Assembly: GCF_006345805.1 (NCBI RefSeq)
Contig: NC_043011.1
Coordinates: 60,772,464 to 60,836,463 of the forward strand
DNA length: 64,000 nucleotides
Direction of reading: 5' to 3'
Origin: Octopus sinensis
Taxonomy: Eukaryota
Under the pieces are notes generated by a model, which was given only the letters and a program-made list of their open reading frames with translations, searched no databases and was not told the origin of the DNA. The position numbers and the translations under genes are program-made. Shown piece by piece: positions 52,076-64,000 of the stretch; within the stretch, counting starts at the first letter, position 1; every line of letters starts with the position of its first letter.

Positions 52076-53364
52076 TTGGTCACACAGGACTATTGTAGGG
52101 GTCATTATTCTAAGCTGTTCGCACTGTAGAACCGAGTCGGAAGCCCCGTCGTTGCGAACTGAAATTCGTAGCCACACAGCCAAGGAAAGACACACGCGGC
52201 TCGCGCGCGCGCACACTCAAACATTCACATATTTGAACGAATGAACGAGAATACGAAAACGTGTCAACGATTTTTTTGAAATTTATTTGAAATTTACTTT
52301 TTGCTATTTCAAGAGGATGTTCGCATTGCTCTGCTTAATTTAAATTCTTCATGCTACTGGAGAACAAACAATAAGTGCAAAACAACAAAACAATAGAAAA
52401 AAAATAATACACAAACAAATATAATTTTATTTTAGTGGGCTTTATGGTAAGTTTGATTGTCAATTGATAATCTATTGATCTGTCTGAAGTAATCACAGCT
52501 GTAATTAAATTCTTCATTAATTCTCATTCAACAGACTTTTAATTCTTCCAGGCAATTTTCTTCGCTTTTGAAAACGTTCTTGAAATACTAAAAAGTATTA
52601 ATGTTTCACTTTTATTTGACTAATTGAAATTATTTGAATTAAACACTGATCTCAGATTTGATAAAAATAGTCCCAGTCCCAAGTGTTTGTCTAAATACTT
52701 AAAATCTACAAGAATGGAAGACGTAAAAATTGACCAAAATATTCCGGTAGGAATTTGTTTCTAATGACAATTCTATTAAATTTGTCAATACTTGAAACTG
52801 TTGTTGAAGAATATTTACGGATAAGTTCATTTGCTGTATTTAGTTTAGCATTGGTCAAACAATGCATTACCGCGCTGGGATTATGAAATTTCTATAAAAC
52901 GTTTATTCATTTCAAAATTGAACAAAATCTTGATTGAATTGGCCAATAAATTATTGGACTTGTACAGAATGAGGATTTATCATAGCCATCCAATAGTAAT
53001 GGTTTCTTTTCAATTGGTATAAAAGCCAAAATTTAAAGGAGTGACGAAGGGAGAGGTAGACGATTTAATCAATCGCAGTATAATTTAAACAACTATTTAT
53101 GTTGAACCAAATTGCGTGACAAAATGTAAATTTGAGGTCGATCGGATTTAAACTCGCATAACATGGAGGGAAAAGAATTCCAAGCGGGAGTATTCGATCT
53201 ACTTGAAATAACAGCCAAACCAACCTAAAGTAAGCATTACCAATATAGGTACAAAGCTTTAAATGTCGGTGAACGGTGCTTGTCGTTTACATCGACTTCA
53301 GTGCTCGGCAGACGCTTATTGATTTAAGTGATTTCAATTTTATCATGGTTAATCGGCTTAGAGC

Positions 53365-53760
53365 GGTGAGCTGGCAGAATCGTTAGCACACTGGAAAAAA
53401 ATATTTAGTGGTATTTCGTCCGCGTTTATGTTCTAGGTTCAAATTTTGCCAAGGTCGACTTTGCCTTTCATCCTTTCGGGGTCAATTAAATAAGTACCAG
53501 TTACGCACTGGGGTTGATATAATCAACTTAATCCGTTTGTCTGTCCTTGTTTGTCCCTTCTGTGTTTAGCCCCTTGTGGGTAGTAAAGAAATAGGTATTT
53601 CGTCCGCCTTTATGTTGTAGGTTCAAATTCTGCCGCGGTGATTTTTCCTTCCATCCTTTCGGGATCGATGAAATAAGTGCCAGGTGAGCATTGGGGTTGA
53701 TGTAATCGACTATCCCCTCCCCTAAAACTGCAGGCCTTGTGCCTATAGTAGAAAGGATTA
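53365..53760 (+). mobile_element. SINE family B tandem dimer (tail 1 unit then tail 2 unit)
   Basis: Junction AAAGAAATA|GGTATTTCGTCC near 53593; second unit ends GCCTTGTGCCTATAGTAGAAAGGATTAT. Confidence 0.85.
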
Positions 53761-54348
53761 TGAACGATCGATTTATATCTTATCTGACGTATAATATGCT
53801 AGCTGATTTGTTGATGATGGATTTGATACTTTCGACTCATCGGCATGCTGGTGACACGCCCAACAAATGATATAAATTTGATATAAATTTATCCTGCATC
53901 GTAGATTAATTTCGTGAGTAGTGCTTCAATAAGGATGCTTGAAGAAGTAAACGAACAGTATTGTTTATTACTTATGTCGCATATATTAACATCTATTGTA
54001 TAACGTTATTAAGTGGTATGGAATAAACAACTTTCGTTTATGGAAACTTTCGTAACAGCGAACTGACTTCTCTTTTCCTCAATCAAATTAATTATTATTC
54101 ACTCTGAGAGTCTTATGACTTGCCTACTGGATCATATCCTGGTTTTGTAAAGGGCCTCTTTCGGCCACTTTTTCAAGTATATCTCATATTCCTTGCTGAA
54201 TGGAATACTACACTGTCCAGGTTCCCACATGAAGGAGGTTGACATCCAGAATATATTTATCCTCCTAAGTATATCATACACATACACGCACGCGCACACA
54301 CGCACGTACGCGCACACACATGTATATACACACATACACACACACCAC

Positions 54349-54416
<68 letters not shown>

Positions 54417-54421
54417 CGTGT

Positions 54422-54628
54422 GCTCTTTTATTCTTTTACTTGTTTCAGTCATTTGACTGCGGCCATGCGGGAGCACTACCTTAAAGAGTTTTAGTCGGAG
54501 AAATCGACCCAAGGGCTTTTGTTTTTTGAAAGCTAGTACTTATTCTATCGTCCTTTTGCCGAACTACTACCTTACGGGAGTGTAAATACACCAACATCGG
54601 TTGTCAAGTGATGGCGCAAGGACACAGA

Positions 54629-54640
<12 letters not shown>
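54422..54640 (-). mobile_element. SINE family A 3' half
   Basis: TTGTTTCAGTCATTTGACTGCGGCCATGC...CATCGGTTGTCAAG. Confidence 0.8.
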
Positions 54641-54684
<44 letters not shown>

Positions 54685-54769
54685 ACACACATATATATAT
54701 AAAGCAACGCGAGGATGTAGTACATATAAGATATTACTGAGACGCTCAAAGAAGGAAAGAAAGAGTGGT

Positions 54770-54806
54770 TGTTTTACGTTTCGAGCAAAGCTCTTCTTCG
54801 GAAACA
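54770..54806 (-). ncRNA. Minimal type I hammerhead-like motif (Penelope type), U4C variant
   Basis: UGUUU-CCGAAGA-A-GAGC(UUU)GCUC-GAA-ACGU-A-AAACA: 5-bp stem I, 4-bp stem II, palindromic ACGU. Confidence 0.5.
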
Positions 54807-55039
54807 GGAGATATAGGAAAGTCCAAAAGAAGGAGGAGGAAAAAATCGCCAATAATCCACGTGTAGTTACATTTTTGAAAAAAAAAAATGTGTGTGTGTG
54901 TGTGTGAAGGATTGATGCTAGATGTGTTGAAACAATTGTAATGATTAATAAGATTCTCGTATCTTCTCTCTTCCGTCTTTCATTTACCACACACACACAC
55001 ACATATATATGGTAAAATGATATATATATATATATATCA

Positions 55040-55482
55040 AGAAAAGAAAAAAGTGGTTCAAGAACGTAACAGTCGTCTACAAAACATACGGACAGTTAGA
55101 CGATAGAAAAAAGAACGGGAAATAAACAAGGACGGTTTATTCGGAGCCTCCTATTCTCAGTCGAGTTGCAGATCGTCTTTGCTATCTCGGCCGGTTACAC
55201 TCGAGACTGCTCCAATCTTGCCAGCCCCAATAAAATCTGAGCTAAGAGCACTAGACTCCTTGGAAGAAAGCAAGCGAATGTATACGAAAACAAGGACGGA
55301 AAAACGGAGAAATGGTACACAATTACAACAGGACATTAACAACAGGTGTCTTTCGACTAAGGACGAATTAAATGAAGCTGGCGTGTGTGGAAGTGAAGCC
55401 TTGCGGCAGGGAGATAAGAGATGCTGTACGGATGGTAGTCGAACCAAGAAAGAAAGGTCAGGCTTGGCGGAACACCGGTCAC
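55040..55482 (+). mobile_element. Dispersed repeat, homolog of 10680-11100
   Basis: See 10680-11100; lies next to the hammerhead-like motif. Confidence 0.75.
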
Positions 55483-55672
55483 AAATAAGGAGAGGAGAAA
55501 GGTAGGGAGCAGAGGAATTGAAGAATTAGGGGGGACGAGAAAAAGAGAAAAAGAAAGGAAAGGGAGAGAGTGAGGTAAAAAAGGAGGGAAAGTGAGAATA
55601 AAGGGAAGGCCAAGAAATGTGAGAGAGGGGGATAGTGCATTTTCTTTTTATATGTAATCTTTTTATATACAA

Positions 55673-56062
55673 GGCGCAGGAGTGGCTGTGTGGTAAGTAG
55701 CTTGCTAACCAACCACATGGTTCTGGGTTCAGTCCCACTGCATGGCATCTTGGGCAAGTGTCTTCTGCTATAGCCCCGGGCCGACCAATGCCTTGTGAGT
55801 AGATTTGGTAGAGGGAAACTGAAAGAAGCCTGTCGTATATATGTATATGTATGTGTGTGTTTGTGTGTCTGTGTTTGTCCCCCTAGCATTGCTTGACAAC
55901 CGATGCTGGTGTGTTTACGTCCCCGTTACTTAGCGGTTCGGCAAAATAGACCGATAGAATAAGTACTAGGCTTACAAAGAATAAGTCCCGGGGTCGATTT
56001 GCTCGACTAAAGGCGGTGCTCCAGCATGGCCGCAGTCAAATGACTGAAACAAGTAAAAGAGT
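55673..56062 (+). mobile_element. SINE family A, full length, young
   Basis: Closely matches 741-1145 along its whole length. Confidence 0.9.
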
Positions 56063-56100
56063 AAGTATTTATAAATATATTATACACACCAACACCGATG

Positions 56101-56146
<46 letters not shown>

Positions 56147-56439
56147 ACCCCCCACACACACACACACACACACACACGTGTAATAATGACTGAACAACAG
56201 ATGACTGCTGAGACCGAGTGTTTCATATAACATAAAGAGCTGTTGAACCCTTCACACATTTAGGAGACTTTCAATAGTTGTACCTGTTTTTCTTCCGCCT
56301 TCTTATTTGTCCTTGAGTCCCTGCGTGAGATTTTATCGAATTGGCTTCAGTTCAAAAGAATTCGCCAACCGTGAACATCCCGCCTTTCTCTCTTTGTGCA
56401 GAGGACCCAGGATTACATTGCTACTCAATGTGTTGCTCT

Positions 56440-56810
56440 TCTTCTTTTCCTTCTCTTCTCCACCTCCCTCTTTTCCTGCTTCTTTGCCTGTTGCTACTCC
56501 TTCTCCTCCTGCTTCTGCTATTGCCCCGCCCTCCTCCTCGCCTCCTCCACCTCGTCCTCCTCGTTCTTCTTCTCCTTCTCGTTATTCTCCTCGTCCTCCT
56601 TCTTCTCATCTTCCTCCGCCCCCTCTTTCACCCCTTTCTCTGTTGTCCACATTTTCCTTTTTCATATTTTTCATTTTTTCCTCATCGTCGTTTTCCTCCT
56701 CCTCCTCCTCCCGCTTCTTCACCCTGTTGTTGTTCACTCTTCTTTATTTCTTTTTCTTTCTTTTTCTTCCTTGTCTCCCTCCCTCCCTTCTTCTTCTTCT
56801 TCTTCTATAT
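56440..56810. repeat. (CTC/CTT) low-complexity tract
   Basis: Direct inspection. Confidence 0.8.
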
Positions 56811-56864
56811 ATATATATACATATATATATATAAATATATATATATATTTATATATATTCTTCT

Positions 56865-57270
56865 ATTTCTATTTGTTTCCGTCATTTGACTGTGCCCATG
56901 CTAGAGCATTGCCTTTGGTCGAGCAAATCGACCACCAGGACTTATTCTTTGTAAGCCTAGTACTTATTCTATCACTCTCTTTTGCCGAACCGCTAAGTTA
57001 CAGGGACATAAACACAACCAGTATCGGTGGTCAAGCGATGGTGGAGGAAGAAACGCAAACACACACACAAACACACATACATACATACATAATACACACA
57101 CACATATATACGACGGGCTTCTTTTAGTTTCCGTTAACCAAGTTCACTCACAAGGCTTTGGTCGGCCCGAGGTTATAGAAGACACTTGCCTAAGGTGTCA
57201 CGCAGTGAGACTGAACCCGGAACCATGTGACTGGGAAGCAATCTTCTTACCACACAACCACTCCTGTGCC
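56865..57270 (-). mobile_element. SINE family A copy
   Basis: Full reverse match. Confidence 0.85.
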
Positions 57271-57479
57271 TATGAGGCAAAGGCGACTGAAGAAGGGGAA
57301 TTTTCCTTGTGTTATTTGTCCTGTACTCTATTTTTTCGTTGTTTAAGAAAAATGTCTATTTCCTGGTTTTGTGTTTATGTTTTCGTTTCTCATTGTGTTC
57401 GACGTTTTTTTGGTGTCCTGTACCCATATATACATGTATATATACATGTAGAGGTAGGTACGTACATATAAGTTTTATT

Positions 57480-57713
57480 TATTTATTAATTTATTATTTA
57501 TTATTATTAATTTATTATATATATATATATATTTATATATATAATATTATATATATAATAATATAATATATTATATTAATATAATATATATAATATATAT
57601 TATATATATAATATATATATATTATATAATATATATAATATATAATAATATATAATAATATATATAATATATATATAATAAATAATTATATATTATATAA
57701 TATATATATATAA

Positions 57714-57786
<73 letters not shown>

Positions 57787-57788
57787 TA

Positions 57789-57845
<57 letters not shown>

Positions 57846-57860
57846 TATATAATAATATAT

Positions 57861-57894
<34 letters not shown>

Positions 57895-57982
57895 ATATAT
57901 ATAATATATATATATATATATATAATATATATATATAATATATATATATATATAATATATATATATATATAATATATATATT

Positions 57983-58025
<43 letters not shown>

Positions 58026-58099
58026 TAATATATATAAATATATAAAATATATATATTAATATATTAATTTATTATATATAATATATATATATATATATA
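57480..58099. repeat. (TA)n/(TAA) array
   Basis: Direct inspection. Confidence 0.95.
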
Positions 58100-58161
58100 G
58101 TCTAACTGCTATTAAGTTAGACATGGCCTGGACCAATCTCTGGTCGAAACATATCTAAGTT
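58100..58161 (+). mobile_element. 62-bp LINE 3' terminus, same group as 34093-34393, embedded in TA
   Basis: AAGTTAGACATGGCCTGGACCAATCTCTGGTCGAAAC vs AAGTTAGACATGGCCTGGGCCAATATGGCCGAAAC. Confidence 0.7.
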
Positions 58162-58191
58162 TATATATATATATATATATATATATAATAA

Positions 58192-59612
58192 TGTTACTAG
58201 TTTCAGCTCTCGAGAGCTGCAGGCATTCTGGGACACAGACGTCAGCTTTGCAACACTTTCACTACTTGAAATCTCCTCAAATATGTGTCATTGGACTAAT
58301 GACTGGAGTTGATATCGCTGCCCTCATCTGCAGTTCTTGCCGTGAAGTAGGGTCATCCGGAACTCTTGAGAGGAGGAGATCCAGTTTTGTTTTGAAGACT
58401 CCTGCACCCACCTCATGTAGGTCTCTCAGGCTTTTTAGGAGGATGTTGATGAGTTGTAGGCCCTCGAAACCCCAGCTGTTGCAGTATCTGGCCTTGTATC
58501 CTGATGGCAATATTGGGATGTTTGGTACTATGTAGTGGTGTCCCGTTCTGATGCTTGTATTTTAATGCCAAAGTTTGGTACGGGCTTTTCTAGGATTTTC
58601 CAAATGTTTATTATTGCCTACTTCTTATCTTCTTAATCCTTTTTGCCCCTTGTGGAACATACGGCCTCAACAGTTGTTTCCCACTTTTACGGTCATTGGC
58701 GTGTTTCTTGCCTGCTTCCCATGTCGGCCGGTCGTCCTGAGCTCGTTCAAAATGCTCCGCTTCCATGTCTGCTTCGGGCGTCCTCGCTTCATTTTACCCC
58801 GCGGGTTCCAGTCAATTACTTGTCGTGTCACATTTGAGCGTTCTTTCCGCAGTGTTTATCCGACCCATCTCCATTTCCTTCGACTCCTCTGAATATGTAT
58901 GGGCTCCTGGCTGGTCCCTTCCCGCAGGTCGGTGTTTGACACTCTGTCGAATCACTTCAGATGGAGGATCTGCTGGAGACATTTGTTGAAGGTCTGGATC
59001 TTCTTGTAGTTGCTGCAGGTGGGTCTCCATGTTTCAGTGCCATATAAAAGCACAGATTTTACGTTTGAACTAAATAAGCGGATTTAGTTCGAGTTGAGAT
59101 GGCAGTGGACTTCCATACCGGCCGAAGAATAGCGATGGCTTGCCATACCTTCATGCTTCTTGCCGTGATGTCCCCGTCTGATCCACCTGATTTGCTGATC
59201 TTGCTGCCTAGTTTTCCCTATTTTGTTCTAGGGAGCAGAATATCAACTTTTTCAGTTCACCCAATAGCTAACATGTCGCATTGAGACGATCTTCTTTGTG
59301 TAGCTTCCATAAATTGTTTTGAGTTCCGTGGTTGATTTTACACTCTGTGGTGACCATAGGTACGAGCAGTATTCTAAACGTCTGAATACAAATGTGCCTC
59401 AGAGAACCATTATGGTTTCCTGTTTACTCGTTCTGAAAGATCTGAGGACCCAGCCGACCAACCGGCCAGCCGGCCAGCCGTCTGCATGTTATTGCCAATT
59501 TAGTAATTCATACCTGGAAAGATGCATCATTACTCATGTCGATGCCCAGATTGTGCACTGGTTTTGAGTCAAGGATTGTAATCCCTTGGGGGCCAGCGTA
59601 TCCTGCCATGCT
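58192..59612 (-). mobile_element. Older CR1-group LINE fragment interrupted by an RTE insertion
   Basis: RYCNSWGFEG...LRDLHEVGAGVFKTKLDLLLSRVPDDPTSRQE at the 3' part; collinear degenerate RT C-terminus resumes at 59211. Confidence 0.85.
58621..59204 (-). mobile_element. RTE LINE 3' fragment nested in the CR1-group element
   Basis: LGSKISKSGGSDGDI, VKSVLLYGTETW, WNPRGKMKRGRPKQTW; flanked by TGCCTA at 58615-58620 and 59205-59210. Confidence 0.85.
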
Positions 59613-60529
59613 TAAAAAAGATTATTGCTCAACTGCAGCCCTTATGACGGCATCTGGATAGGGCTGGCAGTTAGATGTAGTGCGCAATACATCCGAAAAC
59701 TTTCGTTTTGATGCAGGTTTTCCCGTTTGGGGTGTTTCTCTATCCTTTGGATGGAAGGCTTTATATTTTTATAAGATTGTCGTAGTATTGTTGACCTGCC
59801 TACAACTCCTAGACTATGATGTAAGAAAGAGGTTATGGTTTGTGTTTCAATATATGTTACAACATCTCGCATGTTGTAGCCTGGCAATCTAGTTACTGCT
59901 AAAATGTAAAATTTCTGTCGATTTTTACAGCCGTTTATATTATTGAATTTGACGTGGTAAATATACTAAGTGCACATGTCGAAAATGTTGTTACATTAGT
60001 TTCCGTTGCTTTCAGCTAACGTATAGGAGTGTGTGTGTGTGTGTGTTTGTGTGTGTTTGTGTGCTATTGTGTGAAAGAAGAAAGCTGTTAAGCGCAATAG
60101 ATGTCACGTAAAAATGTCAAGAAAATCTTGCGAATATATATATGTGTATATATGTTTTTCTATGATTGTAAATTCTGAAAAACGACGATCTGCGGTATGG
60201 AAAGAAACCTGTACATTTCCAATGTGTTTTTACAAGCTGTCTCGAATAGAATTTATAAATAGAAAGATAGAAGTTGTGTTTATATAGCAATAAGTTATTG
60301 ATGCAAGGCATTACATTTCTGTGACAGAAGAATTTTCCAAGACAGAATTAAATGCACGCCAAAAGAAAGTATATTTTATGGAAAGCAATACTTTCTTGAC
60401 AAGTGTTATAACACGGTTTAATATAAGCTAACACCTAATTGAAACATTCACAAGACGGATAAAAAGCAAACAAAAAAATGAAAAATAGAAATAAAAAATA
60501 AAAATATAAAATACGTTTTATGTTTTATT

Positions 60530-60752
60530 GTCTTAATTCTTTCAGTCACTGGAGTGCGGCCTAGCTGGGGCAACGTTCTCAAGGTTTTAGCGGACAAAAA
60601 TAGCCCCCCCCCCCCAGTACGTAATTTTAATGTCTGGTAGTTAGTTTATCGGGGTTTCTTCCTAAATAGCTAAGATACGAGGATGTATAATCAAACCAAC
60701 ATCGGTTGTCATGCGTAGTGGACAAAAACATAACACACACATGCACACACAC

Positions 60753-60796
<44 letters not shown>

Positions 60797-61030
60797 ATGT
60801 ATATATTATATATATATATATACATCTATATGTGTGTATATGTTTGCGTGTCTGTGTTTGACAACCGATGTCGGAGCGTTTACGTCCCCGTAACTTAGAG
60901 GTTTGGCAAAAGTGACCGATAGAATAAGTACTAGACTTACAAAGACTAAATGCTGTTGTCGATTTGCTCGACTACAGGTGGTGCTCCAGCATAGCCGCTG
61001 TCAAATGACTGAAGCAGGTAAAAGAATACA
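60530..61030. mobile_element. Two SINE A 3' halves back to back (60530-60735 minus, 60850-61030 plus) around one microsatellite
   Basis: Both halves carry the ACATCGGTTGTCA / TGACAACCGATG block and the LINE-type tail; no head in either. Confidence 0.7.
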
Positions 61031-61519
61031 AGAATATATATATATTCGCACAAATGTATCCAAAATATCTTCACACAGCTTGAATCACTCTTTACTATGA
61101 ACTACATATGGACAAACACATATACTGTGAGTACGATACCTCTCATCAGATATCCAGGAATCAAACTTTCTTCAATATGGATAAACTCACACCCTCACTT
61201 TCATCTTCACTTTCTGGAAAACTAAGAGGTTTTGAAAAATTTTTTTAAAAACCTAATATATGACTGTGCAATACTAATAGAACTTTTAGAAACCAATTTG
61301 TTATCTAAATCTCATTTTTATAGAACTTTCCATGATGTTTCACGAGTGTAACATCACCCCCTTTGATGTTTGGGAATCTCAGATGTTTTTTCGGCTGATG
61401 AGTACGAGTCACCTATATTTACTACAATTTTTGTAGCCTTATTAAAGATGTCTTCGTACGAAACAATTGTACCGGAATATTGATCCATTCTTGTCGCTTT
61501 TTTCCTATATATATATATA

Positions 61520-61685
61520 TATATGCAAGGGTCTTTCAGATGGTTTTCGTCGACCAAATTCACTCTGGCGGCTTTGGTCGACCCGGGTCTATAGTAGAAG
61601 CCACTTGGCCAAGGTGTCACATAGTGGGATTGAACCCAAACTAGGCGGTTGCAAAGCGAGTTACTTAAGCACGCAACCGTGCCTG
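61520..61685 (-). mobile_element. SINE family A 5' half
   Basis: TATAGTAGAAGCCACTTGGCCAAGGTGTCAC...GGGATTGAACCC. Confidence 0.7.
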
Positions 61686-62084
61686 CTATATTTTTCTTTG
61701 TTTTACATCTTTTATCCTATTTTATAATTAACAGAATCGTTAGCTACAGATTACCAGCGAGTCAATCACTGCTTCATTACAGACATAATGGTGAGAGTTG
61801 TGTGTAATTTGGGCAGAACGAAATATCACAAGGTGATATTTTATTCCACAAGCGTGTATTTATTGATTTTCAAACCGATGTTTAGATTACTCGTTGATAT
61901 AAATAGAATTGAGTTTCACATATGTAATATAGAGGCTTTGAAAAACATCGTTAAAATGAAATTATCCAATTACAAAGGTAAAACCAAAAACAAAACCTCT
62001 CCTTTTATAGAGGGGGTTGTTTAAAATCTAAAATCCAAAATAACAAGCAAATGAAATGTCTCAATTAATACTGCTGGACAAATC

Positions 62085-62163
62085 TATCTATCTATCTATC
62101 TATCCATCCAGCTATCTATCCATCTATCCATCTATCCATCTGTCTGTCTCTCTGTATGTTTAA

Positions 62164-62240
<77 letters not shown>

Positions 62241-62275
62241 CATCTATCCATCTGTCTGTCTCTCTGTATGTTTAA

Positions 62276-62345
<70 letters not shown>
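62085..62345. repeat. (TCTA)n array containing a 112-bp-period duplication
   Basis: TGTCTGTCTCTCTGTATGTTTAACTATC at 62141 and 62253. Confidence 0.85.
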
Positions 62346-62574
62346 GTGTGTGCATATGCATGTATTATATGCATATATGTCATATATATCATACAAACAC
62401 ACATTTTTATATGCATACATATGCACAAGCAAACACACACGCACACACAGACAAGCAGACAGACAGATACACACATACATAAGATTACTGATGTTGAATT
62501 GTGGGAATTGTGTGTTGGAACAGATATTGTTATTTCTCTCTCTCTCCTCACACTCTCTCCAGATTATATATATA

Positions 62575-62860
62575 TAAGGTTGTGAGTTCAATTCCCGATG
62601 ACGTGTTTTGTCCTTGAGCAAGACACTTTATTTCACGTTGCTCCGGTCCACTCAGCTGGCAAAAATGAGTAGTACCCGTAATTCAAAAAAGGGGCCAGCC
62701 TTGTCACACTCTGTGTCACGCTGAATCTCCCCGAGAACTACGTTAAGGGTACACGTGTCTGTGGCGTGCTCAGCCACTCGCTCCGTTAATTTCACGAGCA
62801 AGTCGTTCTGTTGATCGTATCAGCTGGGACCCTCGTCGTCGAAACCGACGGAGCGCTTCT
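62575..62860 (+). mobile_element. SINE family C variant (partial head + M2 + T1)
   Basis: Box B GTTCAATTCCC, GTCCTTGAGCAAGACACTT, tail GGCCAGCCTTGTCACACTCTGTGTC shared with 48960. Confidence 0.8.
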
Positions 62861-63068
62861 ATCTTATATACATGTATACAAAAACAAACACATACATGCA
62901 TACATATATAATCCAACGCCACGCAGCCTTGTTCACAGTCAGATTTTGTTAATAAATTCTGCGACTCTACTTTCTGTTCCCTTTCTTTTTCCTTTGGTAT
63001 TTTGTCCTGTACTTATCTCTCGTGTGTTTACGTACTTTTCACATCTTAGTGATATTCTGTACTTGATG

Positions 63069-63124
<56 letters not shown>

Positions 63125-63794
63125 TATATATATGTGTGTGTGTGTGTATGCGTGTGTGTGTGTGTGTGTGTGAGTGTGTATACATACATACATACATACA
63201 ATTAAGGCTAAATCATGAAAAATTAATGATTTTATCAGTGGCCAGCATATAATAAAAACCATATAGGCAAAATGAATATTTAGATATATAATTATATAGA
63301 TATGATTATAATTAAGGGCACTGAAGAAAGAGTACCTGTATGCTAGAGATAGACACCAATTGAGTAGAAACCATTTTGAATTTGCAATCCATTAACTCAA
63401 GACTGAATGTGAGGAAAATGGATAAAAAGATTTCGTAAAATTATTATAATCTTGAGATTTTTGGTTTAGTAATAAACGCTCTATATTCATCAGTTGGGTA
63501 TATCGGACGTATATAAGTGAAAATACGTATACATACCCACACAAATACATCCATATAAATACGAATACATACATATATTTACAAGTATATATGAAGCAAA
63601 ATCCTATTATCTGTCTCAACCACATACGCATTTGATTAGAATACCATAGTAAGTGTTATGACCAGAGTGAATATATATGCATGTATACATAATTAAGGAT
63701 AGAATCATTAAAAATTGATGATTTTTATTAGTGACCAGCATATAATAAAAACCATATCGGTAAAATCAATATTTAGATATATAGTTATTCATTA

Positions 63795-64000
63795 TTTTAT
63801 TCTTTATTTTTTTCAGTCATTTGACTGTGGCCATGCTGGAGCACCGCCATTAGTCGAGCAAATCGAACCCCCAGGAGTTATTCTTTGTAAGTCTAGTACT
63901 TATTCTATCGGTTTCTTTTGTCGATCCGCTAAGTTACGGGGATGTAAACACACCACCATCGGTTGTCAAGCGATGCTTGGGTAACAAACACAGACACACA
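63795..64000 (-). mobile_element. SINE family A 3' half, runs off the window
   Basis: TTTCAGTCATTTGACTGTGGCCATGCTGGAGCACCGCC... Confidence 0.85.

Noticed and set aside
55157-55505. 108-aa and 96-aa ORFs
   Set aside because: They lie within a dispersed repeat whose homolog at 10680-11100 does not keep the frame.
56307-57127. Pro/Ser- and Phe/Leu-rich ORFs
   Set aside because: Products of the (CTC/CTT) tract and a SINE.

Overview
Eukaryotic, repeat-saturated, AT-rich genomic DNA, most likely a coleoid cephalopod (Octopus). That assignment is an inference from the SINE families and the extreme microsatellite load. No host protein-coding gene can be called with confidence. Almost all ORF-track entries are microsatellite read-through, and only weak isolated exon candidates remain. 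The dominant structure is an ~18 kb block (20370-38330) made only of (TA)n-type arrays and five CR1-group LINE insertions. One of these is an apparently full-length young element (27915-33551) with a 17-unit tandem-repeat 5' region, an intact ORF1 combining a Myb/SANT-like (trihelix) domain with a CCCH zinc finger, and an overlapping APE-RT ORF2. Two near-identical 5'-truncated copies flank it, one of them inverted. The window also holds a DD34D mariner fossil with a nested SINE, mariner-type MITEs, RTE LINE fragments, about 35 tRNA-derived SINE copies of four families (one sharing its 3' stem-loop with the LINE), Penelope-type minimal hammerhead-like motifs, and several strong isolated hairpins.
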